Source: an uncultured Candidatus Saccharibacteria bacterium
Lineage (GTDB): Bacteria > Patescibacteriota > Minisyncoccia > Portnoybacterales > UBA2143
Reading direction: 5' to 3'
DNA: 64,000 nucleotides
NCBI GenBank assembly: GCA_964594965.1
Contig: CAZQMX010000001.1
Span: 25,667 to 89,666, forward strand
Shown: piece after piece, positions 35,484 to 45,819 of the stretch
Layout of the letters: each line of letters starts with the position of its first letter
Position numbering within the stretch: the first letter of the stretch is position 1
The notes under the pieces: model-generated
Told to the model about the DNA's origin: nothing
Databases searched by the model: none
Seen by the model: only the letters and a program-made list of their open reading frames with translations
Position numbers and translations under genes: made by a program

Positions 35484-36230
35484 ATGATTCCATATTTCTC
35501 GTACAATCAGGTTGAAATATTTGGGATAACTCTTTATCCCTGGGGGTTTTTTATTGGTCTGGCTTTTCTTTCCGGCTATTTATTGATTTTAAATCAATCC
35601 AAAAAACAGGGAATAAGGGAAAAAAATGTTTTCTGGCTTTTTATCTGGATTTTTATCGGGGTAATGATTGGTTCTCGTTTGGGATATATTCTTCAATTCC
35701 CAGGAAGATTTTTTGATAATCCAATAGATATTTTTAAATTCAGCGCCGGGGGATTGATGCTTTATGGTGGACTTATCGGAGCTTTAATTACCGGAGGACT
35801 TTATTTAAAAAAAGCCAAGCTTAATTTTTTAAAAACAGCTGATATTTTAGCGCCGGCTATTGCTTTGGGTATCTTTATCGGTCGGATTGGCTGTTTTTTA
35901 ATTAATGACCACCAGGGGGCAGTAACAAGTTTGCCTTGGGCAATTCAATGGGCGGACGGCAGTTTGCGTCACCCCATTGCCCTTTATTTATCTCTTAATG
36001 GATTAATTCTATTTTTTGTCTTATTAAAATTAAGAAAGAAATTAATTAAACCAGGCCAATTATTTTTTATTTTTCTAGCTTGGTACGCCATTTCCCGCTT
36101 TTTCCTTGATTTTCTGAGAGCAAGTGATACAGTATTAGCAGACCCTCATTACTGGGGTTTGACAATTAGCCAGTGGTTCAGTTTGTTAATTCCTATCATA
36201 CTATTTGCGTGTTTAAAATTTCGGAGATAA
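35484..36230 (+). CDS. lgt: prolipoprotein diacylglyceryl transferase
   Basis: Polytopic protein with a GRIGCFLINDHQG signature region. Start trimmed to MIPYF. Confidence 0.75.
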   Translation: MIPYFSYNQVEIFGITLYPWGFFIGLAFLSGYLLILNQSKKQGIREKNVFWLFIWIFIGVMIGSRLGYILQFPGRFFDNPIDIFKFSAGGLMLYGGLIGALITGGLYLKKAKLNFLKTADILAPAIALGIFIGRIGCFLINDHQGAVTSLPWAIQWADGSLRHPIALYLSLNGLILFFVLLKLRKKLIKPGQLFFIFLAWYAISRFFLDFLRASDTVLADPHYWGLTISQWFSLLIPIILFACLKFRR

Positions 36231-36233
36231 TTT

Positions 36234-36260
36234 CGGAGGTTCGACCTCCGATTTTTTTTA
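36234..36260 (+). terminator. 17-nt palindrome CGGAGGTTCGACCTCCG followed by T8, an intrinsic terminator after lgt
   Basis: 7-bp GC stem with a 3-nt loop, then TTTTTTTT. Confidence 0.6.
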
Positions 36261-36300
36261 TTCACTTAATCAATATTTTTCTTTATGATATAATATCAGT

Positions 36301-38976
36301 ATGGCGAAAGCATGGCATAGTTTTTCAATTGAGCATATTTTTCAAGAGGTTAATTCGGGGCTTGACGGATTGAGCCAAAAAGAATCTGAAAGAAGATTAG
36401 AAAAGTTTGGCTTAAATGAACTTCCTGAGAAAAAGCCAGTTTCTAAATTGGAACTACTTTTTGAACAGATAAAAAGTCCTCTGGTCTATATTCTTCTTAT
36501 TGCCGGAGTTGTCACTTTGGTTTTGGGAGAGAACACTGATACAATTGTCATTTTCGGCGCCGTCATCTTAAACGCCCTAGTCGGTTATTTTCAGGAAGTT
36601 AAGGCTAATCAATCACTCGATAAATTAAGAAAAGTTCTAAAAACAAAGGCGATTGCTATTAGAGACGGAGATGAAAAAGAGATTCCTCAGGGAAAACTTG
36701 TTCCTGGGGATGTTATTTTTTTAAGAGCAGGCAATAAGGTTCCGGCTGACGGAAGAGTAATTGAAAATTGCGATTTAAGAATTAACGAGGCTCCTTTGAC
36801 CGGCGAATGGCTGTCAGCGGCTAAAACAATCAAGATTTTCCCGGAGAAAACCTCTTTAGCCGACAGGGATAATATGGTCTATATGGGAACAGTTGTTGAA
36901 AGCGGCTGGGGTAAAGCGGTTGTGGTCAGTACCGGGCTTGGCGCTCAGATCGGTCGAGTGGCAGAAGTAATCAAAGAGACCAAAGAAAAAAAGACGCCTT
37001 ATCAGAGGAAATTATCCCATTTCAGCAAAATTGTTGGTTTAGTTATTCTTGCTATTGCTTCAGCTATCTTTATAGAAGGATTAGTAACCAAGCATAATTT
37101 TGTTGAAATGTTTACTACTTCTGTTGCGGTTGCGGTTGCGGCAATTCCAGAGGGATTACCCGTTGCCATGACCGTCATTTTGGCCCTGGGCATGCAAAGA
37201 ATTCTGAAGAAAAGGGGATTGGTCAGAAAACTGGCTTCGGCCGAAACCCTAGGCAGTACTTCCGTTATTTTAACCGATAAGACCGGAACGCTAACCGAAG
37301 CTAAAATGGAAGTTGCCGGTGTTTATACCGGGACAAAGGAACTTTTAGGCGATCAATTAAATCATAGATTTGACGGAGAAAGCAATCATTCTCATGTCCG
37401 GCTTTTGAAAATTGCCATGATTTGCAACGAGGCCTTTATTGAAAACCTTGAAGAACCAACTGAGAAATGGGTTATCCGGGGAAGGCCAACCGAGAAAGCC
37501 CTGCTTTTAGCGGGAATCCAGTTTGGCTTGTCTAAAAAAGAAATCTTAAAAAGGGAAGCCTTAATTGACCGTTTTCTTTTTGATCCAATTTACAAATACG
37601 CGGCTTGCCTTCATAGGTTAGACGATGAAAATAATGTTCTATACGCCGTTGGCTCGCCAGAGGTTATCCTTTCCTCTTCAACCTATTTGGATAGCGATGG
37701 CCAGGAAAAAGAGTTACTTCTATCTGATTTTGATAAAATTAAGAAGAAAATAGATAATTTGACTAATAGCGGTCTAAGGGTTGTTGCAATTGCCTACAAA
37801 AAAACAAGGGAAAAAGAGATAAAGAAAGAAGGGGAGAATAAACTGGGAGACATGGTTTTTGTTGGTTTTCTTTCTCTTCATGACCCGATTAGAAAGGGGA
37901 CTAAAGAAGTAATGGATGTCTGTCGTCGGGCAGGAATGAAGCCGATTATTGTTACCGGCGATCATAGATTAACAGCCAAGAAGGTAGCGGAGAAACTTGG
38001 CTTTCCGGTTGAAGATAAAAACATCCTCGAAGGAAAAGAACTTGAACAAATGAACGAGAAGGAATTTGAAAGAAGAATTAGAGAGATTCATGTCTATGCT
38101 CGGGTTGAACCAAAACAGAAATTAAGAATTGTTCAGGCCTGGCAGAAAAGGGGAGAGGTTGTTGCTATGACCGGTGATGGCATCAATGACGCCCCGGCTC
38201 TTTCCCAGGCGGATATTGGCGTCGCTCTCGGCTCTGGCACCGATGTTGCCAAAGAGGTCTCCGATATGGTTCTTTTAACAGATAACTTTCATGTTATTGT
38301 TGCTGCTATTGAAGAAGGCAGGGCAATTATTGACAATATTAGGAAGGTCATTACTTATCTATTGTCCGATAGTTTTGCCGAAGTCGTATTGGTCGGAGTT
38401 AGTTTGCTTTTTGGTTTGCCCTTGCCGATTCTGGCCGCCCAGATTTTATGGGTTAATTTGATTGAGGATGGACCAATGAGCATTGCTCTGGCTTTTGAAA
38501 AAAAGGAGAAAGACACCATGAGGCAGAAACCAAGGAATTACAGTTTATTCCTCTTGACCAATGAAATGAAAGTCCTGATATTTATTATCGGCTTTCTGAC
38601 GGATGTCTTTCTGCTTGGTCTCTTTTTCTGGCTTTTGAAATATTCTAATTACGATATTGTTCATATTAGGTCGGTTATCTTTGCCGGTTTAACAATTGAT
38701 TCGCTTTTCTACATCTTCTCCTGTAAGAGTTTAAGAAAGAATATCTGGCAGATTAATCCATTTTCAAATAAGTTTCTAATTTTATCCTGGGTTTTTGGCA
38801 TCTTTATGCTCTCAATTGCCATCTATGTTCCGTTTTTCCAAAATCTTTTAAAGACAGTCCCACTAAACCTATTTGACTGGGGCTTGGTTTTGGCTCTCGG
38901 AGCAATTAATATATTATTAATTGAAGTAACTAAATACTTTTTTATCTCTCGGAAAATTGAAAAGAAAAAAATATGA
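36301..38976 (+). CDS. cation-transporting P-type ATPase (Ca2+/PMCA-SERCA-like)
   Basis: DKTGTLT phosphorylation site and TGDGINDAPAL hinge. 891 aa with 10 TM helices. Confidence 0.85.
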   Translation: MAKAWHSFSIEHIFQEVNSGLDGLSQKESERRLEKFGLNELPEKKPVSKLELLFEQIKSPLVYILLIAGVVTLVLGENTDTIVIFGAVILNALVGYFQEVKANQSLDKLRKVLKTKAIAIRDGDEKEIPQGKLVPGDVIFLRAGNKVPADGRVIENCDLRINEAPLTGEWLSAAKTIKIFPEKTSLADRDNMVYMGTVVESGWGKAVVVSTGLGAQIGRVAEVIKETKEKKTPYQRKLSHFSKIVGLVILAIASAIFIEGLVTKHNFVEMFTTSVAVAVAAIPEGLPVAMTVILALGMQRILKKRGLVRKLASAETLGSTSVILTDKTGTLTEAKMEVAGVYTGTKELLGDQLNHRFDGESNHSHVRLLKIAMICNEAFIENLEEPTEKWVIRGRPTEKALLLAGIQFGLSKKEILKREALIDRFLFDPIYKYAACLHRLDDENNVLYAVGSPEVILSSSTYLDSDGQEKELLLSDFDKIKKKIDNLTNSGLRVVAIAYKKTREKEIKKEGENKLGDMVFVGFLSLHDPIRKGTKEVMDVCRRAGMKPIIVTGDHRLTAKKVAEKLGFPVEDKNILEGKELEQMNEKEFERRIREIHVYARVEPKQKLRIVQAWQKRGEVVAMTGDGINDAPALSQADIGVALGSGTDVAKEVSDMVLLTDNFHVIVAAIEEGRAIIDNIRKVITYLLSDSFAEVVLVGVSLLFGLPLPILAAQILWVNLIEDGPMSIALAFEKKEKDTMRQKPRNYSLFLLTNEMKVLIFIIGFLTDVFLLGLFFWLLKYSNYDIVHIRSVIFAGLTIDSLFYIFSCKSLRKNIWQINPFSNKFLILSWVFGIFMLSIAIYVPFFQNLLKTVPLNLFDWGLVLALGAINILLIEVTKYFFISRKIEKKKI

Positions 38977-39923
38977 TTTTTCTCTATATTACTATCTTTA
39001 TTCTTTCCTTTTTCACTTTAACCTTTTCAAGTGGATGGCTGGTCAAGTCATTGACCAAAGTCGCCAAGTTTTTGGGTTGGAAAGAATTTGTTGTTGCTTT
39101 TTTTACTATGGCTTTGGCCAGTTCTATTCCTAATCTTTCGGTTGGAATAAGTTCGGCTCTGCATAAAATTCCTTCTCTGGCTTTTGGAGAAATCGTTGGC
39201 AACAATATTATTGATTTATCTCTGGCCGTCGCTTTAGCCGCCTTGGTTGCCAAAGGGGGATTAAGTTTGTCCAGTCGGACTGTTCAGGGAAGCGGAATAT
39301 TCACCATTTTTATTGCAGTTCTGCCGTTGTTTTTAGCCATGGATGGGGAAATCACCAAATCAGATGGTTTTGTCCTGATTCTAACTTTTCTTGTCTATAT
39401 CTCCTGGCTTTTTAGCAAAAAGGAAAGATTTAGCAAGATTTATGACCATACAGCCAGAATGAGCCTGAGCAGGTTTTTTAAAAACATTGTTAATATGATC
39501 CTGGCAGTTTCTCTTCTGGTTTTAGCCGCCGAAGGAATTGTTCGTTCAGCAATATATTTTTCAGAAATCTTCTTCTTGCCGATTGCCTTGGTTGGTATTT
39601 TGGTCGTTGGATTAGGCAACGCTCTACCCGAAATTTTCTTTAGTGTTCAAGCAGCCAAAAGGGGAGAAGATTGGGTTGTTATCGGAAACCTGATGGGTTC
39701 GGTCATTATTACCGCTACTCTTGTCTTGGGGACGGTTGCCCTGATTGAACCAATAGTTATTAAGACAATTTCTCCCTTTGCTATTGCCCGATTTTTCATG
39801 ATAGTTTCAGCTATCTTTTTTCTCTTATTCCTTAGAACCGGCAGAAAGATTGATAAAAAAGAAGCTGCCTTTCTGCTCCTTATTTACATTAGTTTTGTCC
39901 TGGCCGAAATTTGCTTTTTCTAA
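38973..39923 (+). CDS. Na+/Ca2+ exchanger family (CaCA/YrbG-like) membrane protein
   Basis: Two alpha-repeats (GEIVGNNIIDL, GNALPEIFFSV). Confidence 0.65.
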   Translation: MIFLYITIFILSFFTLTFSSGWLVKSLTKVAKFLGWKEFVVAFFTMALASSIPNLSVGISSALHKIPSLAFGEIVGNNIIDLSLAVALAALVAKGGLSLSSRTVQGSGIFTIFIAVLPLFLAMDGEITKSDGFVLILTFLVYISWLFSKKERFSKIYDHTARMSLSRFFKNIVNMILAVSLLVLAAEGIVRSAIYFSEIFFLPIALVGILVVGLGNALPEIFFSVQAAKRGEDWVVIGNLMGSVIITATLVLGTVALIEPIVIKTISPFAIARFFMIVSAIFFLLFLRTGRKIDKKEAAFLLLIYISFVLAEICFF

Positions 39924-39946
39924 TTTTCTGTGCTAAATTAGTTTTC

Positions 39947-40978
39947 ATGGAATACTTGGTTATTCTACTTTTGTTTGTTGTTGTTATCAGTTCCTCCCTG
40001 ATTATATTTTTGCTGTTAAGAAGAAAACCAAAACAAGAAGATAGTCAATCGCTTTTAATGCTTCAGGAACAGATTGGTCAATTAAACCAGGCGGTTGATA
40101 ACAAACTATCCGAATCAGCCAGGGCAATGCAGACCCAATTTGGCCAAAGCGCTAAAATTGTCCGGGACGTAACAGAAAGATTAACTAAATTAGATGATAC
40201 TAATAAGCGGGTGGTTGATTTTGCCAAGCAGATGCAGTCCTTAGAGAATATTCTAACCAATCCAAAACAAAGAGGTGTTTTAGGAGAATATTTTTTAGAA
40301 ACAGTTTTAAAAAATGTCCTGCCTCCTGATTCCTACAAGGTCCAATATTCTTTTAAGGACGGGACTATAGTTGACGCGGTCGTATTTATTGATAAGCAGA
40401 TTATTCCAATTGATTCAAAGTTTTCTCTGGAGAATTATAATAGGATTTTAGATAGCCAGAGCTCCGAAGAGAAAAAAAGATACGAGACCGCTTTTATTAA
40501 TGACTTAAAATTCAGGATTGACGAAACTTCAAAATATGTTAAACCAGAAGAAAAGACAATGGACTTTGCCTTTATGTATATCCCTTCAGAAGCCGTTTAT
40601 TATGACCTTTTGATTAATAAGGTTGGGGCGGTTACAGGCGATACTAATAATCTGGTTTCTTACGCCGGGAGAAAGAAAGTAATAATAGTTTCCCCAACCT
40701 CTTTTCTGGCCTATTTACAAACCGTTTTACAGGGATTAAGAAGACAAAAGATTTCTGAACAGGCGATGGGGATAGTAAAGGAAGTTGAGAGACTCGGAAA
40801 ACACTTGGGAGCATACAATCAGCACATGCAGAAACTGGGAAATCACTTGACAACAACCGTTGGAAGTTATAATAAGGCTAATAAGGAACTTAAAAAAGTT
40901 GATAAAGATGTGGTTAAAATTACAGACGGAAAACCACAAATAGAAGTAGAAGAAATAGAAAAACCATTACTAGAATAA
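39947..40978 (+). CDS. rmuC: DNA recombination protein RmuC
   Basis: N-terminal TM helix, a long coiled coil, and a C-terminal RmuC nuclease-like domain (FAFMYIPSEAVYYDL). Confidence 0.65.
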   Translation: MEYLVILLLFVVVISSSLIIFLLLRRKPKQEDSQSLLMLQEQIGQLNQAVDNKLSESARAMQTQFGQSAKIVRDVTERLTKLDDTNKRVVDFAKQMQSLENILTNPKQRGVLGEYFLETVLKNVLPPDSYKVQYSFKDGTIVDAVVFIDKQIIPIDSKFSLENYNRILDSQSSEEKKRYETAFINDLKFRIDETSKYVKPEEKTMDFAFMYIPSEAVYYDLLINKVGAVTGDTNNLVSYAGRKKVIIVSPTSFLAYLQTVLQGLRRQKISEQAMGIVKEVERLGKHLGAYNQHMQKLGNHLTTTVGSYNKANKELKKVDKDVVKITDGKPQIEVEEIEKPLLE

Positions 40979-40979
40979 T

Positions 40980-41336
40980 ATGTTTGCAGTCATAAAGACC
41001 GGGGGAAAACAATATTTGGTTTCTCCAGGCGATAAAATCAAAATAGAGAAGATTGAAAAAGAAGAAGGTAAAGAAATTACCTTCAACGATATTTTATTAC
41101 TCGACCCTTCGACAAACTCAGGGCAAGAAAAGGGAAAATCAATTAAAATTGGAACACCTTTTGTTAAGGGCGCCAAAGTAACAGCAAAAGTTTTAAAACA
41201 AGATAAAGCCAAGAAGGTTATCATTTTAAAATACAAACCCAAGAAACGTTCTCAAACAAAAAAAGGGCATCGACAGCCCTTTACCGAGGTAGAGATTTTA
41301 AAGATCTCACTTTCTTCCCAAAAGAGCGCTGCTTAG
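40980..41336 (+). CDS. rplU: ribosomal protein L21
   Basis: MFAVIKTGGKQY.V..GD. Confidence 0.8.
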   Translation: MFAVIKTGGKQYLVSPGDKIKIEKIEKEEGKEITFNDILLLDPSTNSGQEKGKSIKIGTPFVKGAKVTAKVLKQDKAKKVIILKYKPKKRSQTKKGHRQPFTEVEILKISLSSQKSAA

Positions 41337-41906
41337 GGTGTTTTCGTCAATGTATTCCAAATCTGAGCCGGTTGATAGGCCTCGCGCTAACCGGCTCGTT
41401 TTAATTTCCAGCCCCCCAAGCAATCGTTCAATATACAAAGCGGTGGTGTCGCCCTCGGTCGTCGGGCTAAAAGCGAATATAATTTCCTTTATCCCTGGTT
41501 GGGATTTTTTAATTCTAGCAATTAATTGATTAATTTTCAGGCTTTCCGGACCAATGCCATTTCCCGGAGAAATTAATCCGCCTAAAACATGATAAAGCCC
41601 GTGATATTGTTTGGTTTTTTCAATTGGAATAATATTCAATAGATTTTCAACCAAGCAAAGAATTGATTTATCTCTTTTTCCATCAAGACAAATTGGACAG
41701 AATTTCTTGCTTTTTTCAGTCAGGTTATAGCATTGAGGACAGAGATTGATTTCGGTTTTAAGGTTTTTAATAGCAAAAGAAAAATTATCCAATTCTTTTT
41801 GATTCTGATTAAGCAAATGAAAAACCATCCGGGTGGCGGATCTTGGCCCGATTTCCGGTAGTTTAGATAATTCATTAATAAGTTTTTGAACTGATTTGGG
41901 AAACAT
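41307..41906 (-). CDS. recR: recombination protein RecR
   Basis: HhH N-terminus, a C4 zinc finger (CPQC...CPIC) and a Toprim domain. Confidence 0.85.
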   Translation of the reverse strand: MFPKSVQKLINELSKLPEIGPRSATRMVFHLLNQNQKELDNFSFAIKNLKTEINLCPQCYNLTEKSKKFCPICLDGKRDKSILCLVENLLNIIPIEKTKQYHGLYHVLGGLISPGNGIGPESLKINQLIARIKKSQPGIKEIIFAFSPTTEGDTTALYIERLLGGLEIKTSRLARGLSTGSDLEYIDENTLSSALLGRK

Positions 41907-41929
41907 GCCAATTTTTTCTAAATTTTAAT

Positions 41930-41967
41930 TTAGATAAAAAATTGAGCATCCCGCAGTATTGCGGGAT
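41930..41967 (-). terminator. hairpin ATCCCGCAGTATTGCGGGAT with T-tracts on both sides
   Basis: Perfect 8-bp stem lying between the dnaB stop and the recR start. Confidence 0.45.
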
Positions 41968-41976
41968 CACTCTTTT

Positions 41977-43338
41977 TTATTCCTCTAATCTCTTTTCCAG
42001 GTTTCTGAAACTAGCCTGACTTTCATTAAAATATAGTTCGGCTCGGCCAGTCGGTCCGTTTCGATGTTTGGCGATAATAATATCAGCAATATTCTTCCTG
42101 TCGGTATTAGGCCTTTCTTTGTCTTCTCGATAGATAAATAGAACAACATCGGCATCTTGTTCCAAACTTCCACTTTCTCTTAAATCAGAAAGTTTAGGAA
42201 TAGCCGGGGAACGGGATTCAACCGAGCGGTTGAGTTGGGAAAGAGCCAGGACCGGAACCTTAAGTTCTCTAGCCAAGGATTTCAAACTCCGGGATATTTC
42301 TGTCATTTGCTGAACAGGGGAATCAAAATTATTCCTCGGTTGAATCATTTGGATGTAATCGATAATAATTAAACCAAGATTATTCTGAGCCTGAAGCCGG
42401 CGAGCCATGGTTCTCATTTGTAAAATAGTCGGAGAAGGAGTGTCATCAATATAAATCGAGGCATCGGATAATTCATCCAACGCTCTTTGGATTTTTTCAA
42501 AATCGTTATCCGGCCCTTCGCCTGATAATCTTCCTGTTCTAATTCTCCATGAATCAACTTCTGCCTGAGAACTAATTAACCGGTCAACCAATTGTTCCTT
42601 GGACATTTCAATACTAAAAACAGCAACTGGTGTTTTTTCTTTAATCGAGGCATGTCGGGCAATATTTAAAGCGAGAGAAGTTTTTCCAAGAGAAGGACGA
42701 GCGCCTAAAATGATTAAATCGGACTTCTGGAAACCAGAAAGATAATTATCAATATCAGCGAATCCGGTTGGAATGCCCCGGGTTGCTTCTTCGCCCCGGT
42801 GTAATTTATCAATTCTTTCAAAAGCGCCTTCAAGGGCCTCTTTAACAGGCATGAATTTCTGACTAATTGATCTTTGGGAAACGCTAAATATTTTCTGTTC
42901 AGATTCATCAATCAGGGTTTCAACATCATCCGGCTCTTGGTAACTTAATTGATTAATTTCATCAGAAGCTCCGATTAAATCGCGAAGGGCTTTTTTGTTT
43001 TTAATAATTTTGGCGTAGTGGGTGATATGGGCAGCAGTTGGAACAGAATTAACCAAATCGGTTAAATAACTTGCTCCGCCAATTTCTTTTAATTTCTTTT
43101 TCTCTTCTAATCGGTTGGTTAAGCTTAATAAATCAATTGGTTCGTTCTTTTCATAAAGATCTACCATGGCCTGATAAATATTCCCATGAATTCCCCGGTA
43201 GAAATCATCAGCAATCAGAACATCCGCTATTTTAATAATAGCGTCCTTATCCAACATTAAAGCTCCCAGAACTGATTGTTCGGCTTCAATATTCTGGGGA
43301 GGTATTTTGCCTTCTATTTTAACTTTTTGGTCAGCCAT
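41977..43338 (-). CDS. dnaB: replicative DNA helicase DnaB
   Basis: Walker A GARPSLGKTS and the DnaB N-terminal domain. Confidence 0.85.
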   Translation of the reverse strand: MADQKVKIEGKIPPQNIEAEQSVLGALMLDKDAIIKIADVLIADDFYRGIHGNIYQAMVDLYEKNEPIDLLSLTNRLEEKKKLKEIGGASYLTDLVNSVPTAAHITHYAKIIKNKKALRDLIGASDEINQLSYQEPDDVETLIDESEQKIFSVSQRSISQKFMPVKEALEGAFERIDKLHRGEEATRGIPTGFADIDNYLSGFQKSDLIILGARPSLGKTSLALNIARHASIKEKTPVAVFSIEMSKEQLVDRLISSQAEVDSWRIRTGRLSGEGPDNDFEKIQRALDELSDASIYIDDTPSPTILQMRTMARRLQAQNNLGLIIIDYIQMIQPRNNFDSPVQQMTEISRSLKSLARELKVPVLALSQLNRSVESRSPAIPKLSDLRESGSLEQDADVVLFIYREDKERPNTDRKNIADIIIAKHRNGPTGRAELYFNESQASFRNLEKRLEE

Positions 43339-43423
43339 TTTTTTGGAATAAATAACAGGAGGCTATCCTCCTGTTTGAAAGTATATATTTTTTACCTGCC
43401 CCGGGCAAGGGAAGATTCTGTTA

Positions 43424-44827
43424 CTATTTTGGGGACAATTCTGAACCGCTGGGAGTGTCCTTGATTTTCCATCCTTTTTCTTCAATTTCTTTTCTAATCT
43501 TATCAGATTGATTAAAATCTTTTTCTTTCCTGGCTTTTTCTCTTTGCTCGGCCAGATCTTTAATTTCTTGAGGAATTTCTTCCATTTTAATCTTATCCAG
43601 TTTTAAGCCAAGAACCTGATCAAAATCCAGAAGAGTAGCTAGTTTATCTTGATTATCCAAATCTGATTTTAAAACCTCCTGGACAATAGTTAAAGCCAAG
43701 GGAGAATTAAAGTCATCCGATATTTTTTCAATAAATTTATCTTTGTATTCATGGCTAATCCCGCCCTTCTCATTGCCTAATTCTCTAATCTGAGAAATTA
43801 GATGTTCAAAACCCTTTTGGGCGGATTCCATTGCTTCAAAAGTAAAATTTTGTTTGGAGCGGTAATGGGCTTGTAAAAATAAATAGCGGAGAGATAGAGG
43901 GCTGAAGTTCTTTTCTTTAATTTCAGACAAATTGTATCCCGTTCCTTCTGATTTGCCCATCTTTTTGTTATCAACCAATAAGTGTTCATTGTGGAGCCAG
44001 TAATCAACAAACTCGGCATCATTGGCTGATTCGCTTTGGGCAATCTCATTGGTGTGATGAACCGGGATATGTTCAATGCCGCCCATATGAATATCTATGG
44101 TTTTTCCAAGGAATTTTTTACTCATAACCGAGCATTCGATATGCCAGCCGGGAAAACCCTGACCGTTTTCAACCAAATCAGATTTAAAAGGAGATGGCCA
44201 TGTTTGAAGAGCGTTTTTATGCTTTCCAGCCCTGAAAAACCAAAGAGCAAAATCAGCTGGATTTTTTTTATCCGGGTCAGTCACATCAGCCTTGCCAGCG
44301 CCCTTAATTTGTTCTTCCAAATTTTGGCCGGAAAGGGCAGTATAGTTTTTGGCTTTGGAGGTGTTGAAATAGACGGCGAGGGGAGTTGTGTAAGCAAATC
44401 CCTTATCAATTAATGTCTGGGCCATTTCAGTCATTTCTTCAATACATTCGGTTGCTTTTGGTTTGTGGGTCGGTTCAAGCATATTCAAATCTTTAGCATC
44501 CTGTTCATAAATCTTAATATATTTCTCCGATATTTCTTTGGGGGTCTTTTTTTCCTGCTTGGCAGCTTTTTCAACCTTATCTTCACCCTCATCCTGATCG
44601 CTGGTTAAATGACCAACATCAGTATAGTTTCTAACATAATTAACCTGATAACCTAAATATTTCAAAGTCCTAACAACTAAATCAGCGCAGAAAAGACCGC
44701 GCATATTACCAATGTGCTGAGTCCAGTAAACAGTTGGCCCGCAGTAATAGAAAGAAACTACACCTTTTTTAATCGGTTTGAATTCCTCCTTTTGACGAGT
44801 GAGGGTATTGTATAATCTTAGAGCCAT
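43424..44827 (-). CDS. cysS: cysteine--tRNA ligase
   Basis: CGPTVY...HIGN and a KMGKS motif. Confidence 0.85.
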   Translation of the reverse strand: MALRLYNTLTRQKEEFKPIKKGVVSFYYCGPTVYWTQHIGNMRGLFCADLVVRTLKYLGYQVNYVRNYTDVGHLTSDQDEGEDKVEKAAKQEKKTPKEISEKYIKIYEQDAKDLNMLEPTHKPKATECIEEMTEMAQTLIDKGFAYTTPLAVYFNTSKAKNYTALSGQNLEEQIKGAGKADVTDPDKKNPADFALWFFRAGKHKNALQTWPSPFKSDLVENGQGFPGWHIECSVMSKKFLGKTIDIHMGGIEHIPVHHTNEIAQSESANDAEFVDYWLHNEHLLVDNKKMGKSEGTGYNLSEIKEKNFSPLSLRYLFLQAHYRSKQNFTFEAMESAQKGFEHLISQIRELGNEKGGISHEYKDKFIEKISDDFNSPLALTIVQEVLKSDLDNQDKLATLLDFDQVLGLKLDKIKMEEIPQEIKDLAEQREKARKEKDFNQSDKIRKEIEEKGWKIKDTPSGSELSPK

Positions 44828-45771
44828 TTTTTCTTCTTAAAATAGGCGACCATGATGGTGCTAGTAACAGCCATAAAGATAAGAATAATTACCCAAGTAT
44901 AAGGGTGTTCTCTGACAATAGAGATGCCGCCGAAAACGTTCATTCCAAAAAAGCCGACAATAACACTGAGGGGGAAAGTAATGAACGAGACTACAGTCAG
45001 GAATTTCATAATATCGCTTAATTTATAGGAAAGAAGCGAATTATTGGTTTCTTCTATTGAATTAATTAATTCCCGATGGCTTTCCAAAACATTCCAGACT
45101 CGGATAACCGAACCAACAACTTCCTGAGATAATGACCTGACTTCCGGATTAAAGAGCCGACGGGACTTTTTCTCTAGGATATCCAGAACCGAACGCTGGG
45201 GTTTAATCGCTCTTCTAAAATCAATTAAATCTCTTTTAATTAAAGCAATCTCCATGAGCATTTCTTTTTCCTTTCCCTCGAAAACATCGTTTTCAATCTT
45301 TTCAATATTCTCTCCGATGTGGTCAAGCATGGGCAGGCATCGGTCAATTAACCAGTCAAGGACACTCATTAAAACATGACCATTGCTTCTAAAAACTTTT
45401 TTCTGATGGTAATCCTGGACTTCGCAATCCTTGAAAAGAGCTTCCAATTCATGAATTTTTTCAGTATGGCTAGTAATCAAAGTATCAGAAGTCAGAATCA
45501 GATCAAGTTCAACTGGTTTTGTTTGTTTGGTCTTTGAATTGTAAACCGGAAAATGAAGGACAATAAAAAGCTGTTCCGGATATTCTTCGATTTTAGGACG
45601 ATGGATTGGCGGAAGGAATTGCTGGGCGATATATGGATGAAGGTTGAATTTCTCTTTTAATTCTTCCAGATTGTTTTCATCTGGTTTTTCAATATCAATC
45701 CAGCTAATATTATTAAAAGTAATCTTTTTCATAAATAGGTCCCTTCTTTTAATTTTCTTCCATTCTATCAT
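44818..45771 (-). CDS. corA: Mg2+/Co2+ transporter CorA
   Basis: C-terminal 2 TM helices with a GMNVFGG (GMN) motif. The start may be the second Met (MKKITF). Confidence 0.65.
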   Translation of the reverse strand: MIEWKKIKRRDLFMKKITFNNISWIDIEKPDENNLEELKEKFNLHPYIAQQFLPPIHRPKIEEYPEQLFIVLHFPVYNSKTKQTKPVELDLILTSDTLITSHTEKIHELEALFKDCEVQDYHQKKVFRSNGHVLMSVLDWLIDRCLPMLDHIGENIEKIENDVFEGKEKEMLMEIALIKRDLIDFRRAIKPQRSVLDILEKKSRRLFNPEVRSLSQEVVGSVIRVWNVLESHRELINSIEETNNSLLSYKLSDIMKFLTVVSFITFPLSVIVGFFGMNVFGGISIVREHPYTWVIILIFMAVTSTIMVAYFKKKKWL

Positions 45772-45784
45772 ACTCTTTCTTTGT

Positions 45785-45812
45785 TTGACAACTTCTAGAA
45801 AAATGATACAAT
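45785..45812 (+). promoter_or_regulatory. putative sigma-70 promoter of grpE (TTGACA, 16-nt spacer, TACAAT)
   Basis: Consensus hexamers read directly. No CIRCE operator found. Confidence 0.5.
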
Positions 45813-45819
45813 GATATAA

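Noticed and set aside
36173-36373. ORF 36173..36373 and other short ORFs translating palindrome copies (SEVRPP motifs)
   Set aside because: The reading frame runs through the lgt 3' end, the terminator palindrome and the ATPase promoter region. It is an artefact of the palindrome reading open in several frames.
45772-45819. CIRCE (HrcA operator TTAGCACTC-N9-GAGTGCTAA) upstream of the grpE-hsp20-dnaK-dnaJ operon
   Set aside because: I looked for it upstream of grpE and of dnaK. Only a sigma-70-like promoter and the MITE-like hairpin are present, with no CIRCE-like inverted repeat.
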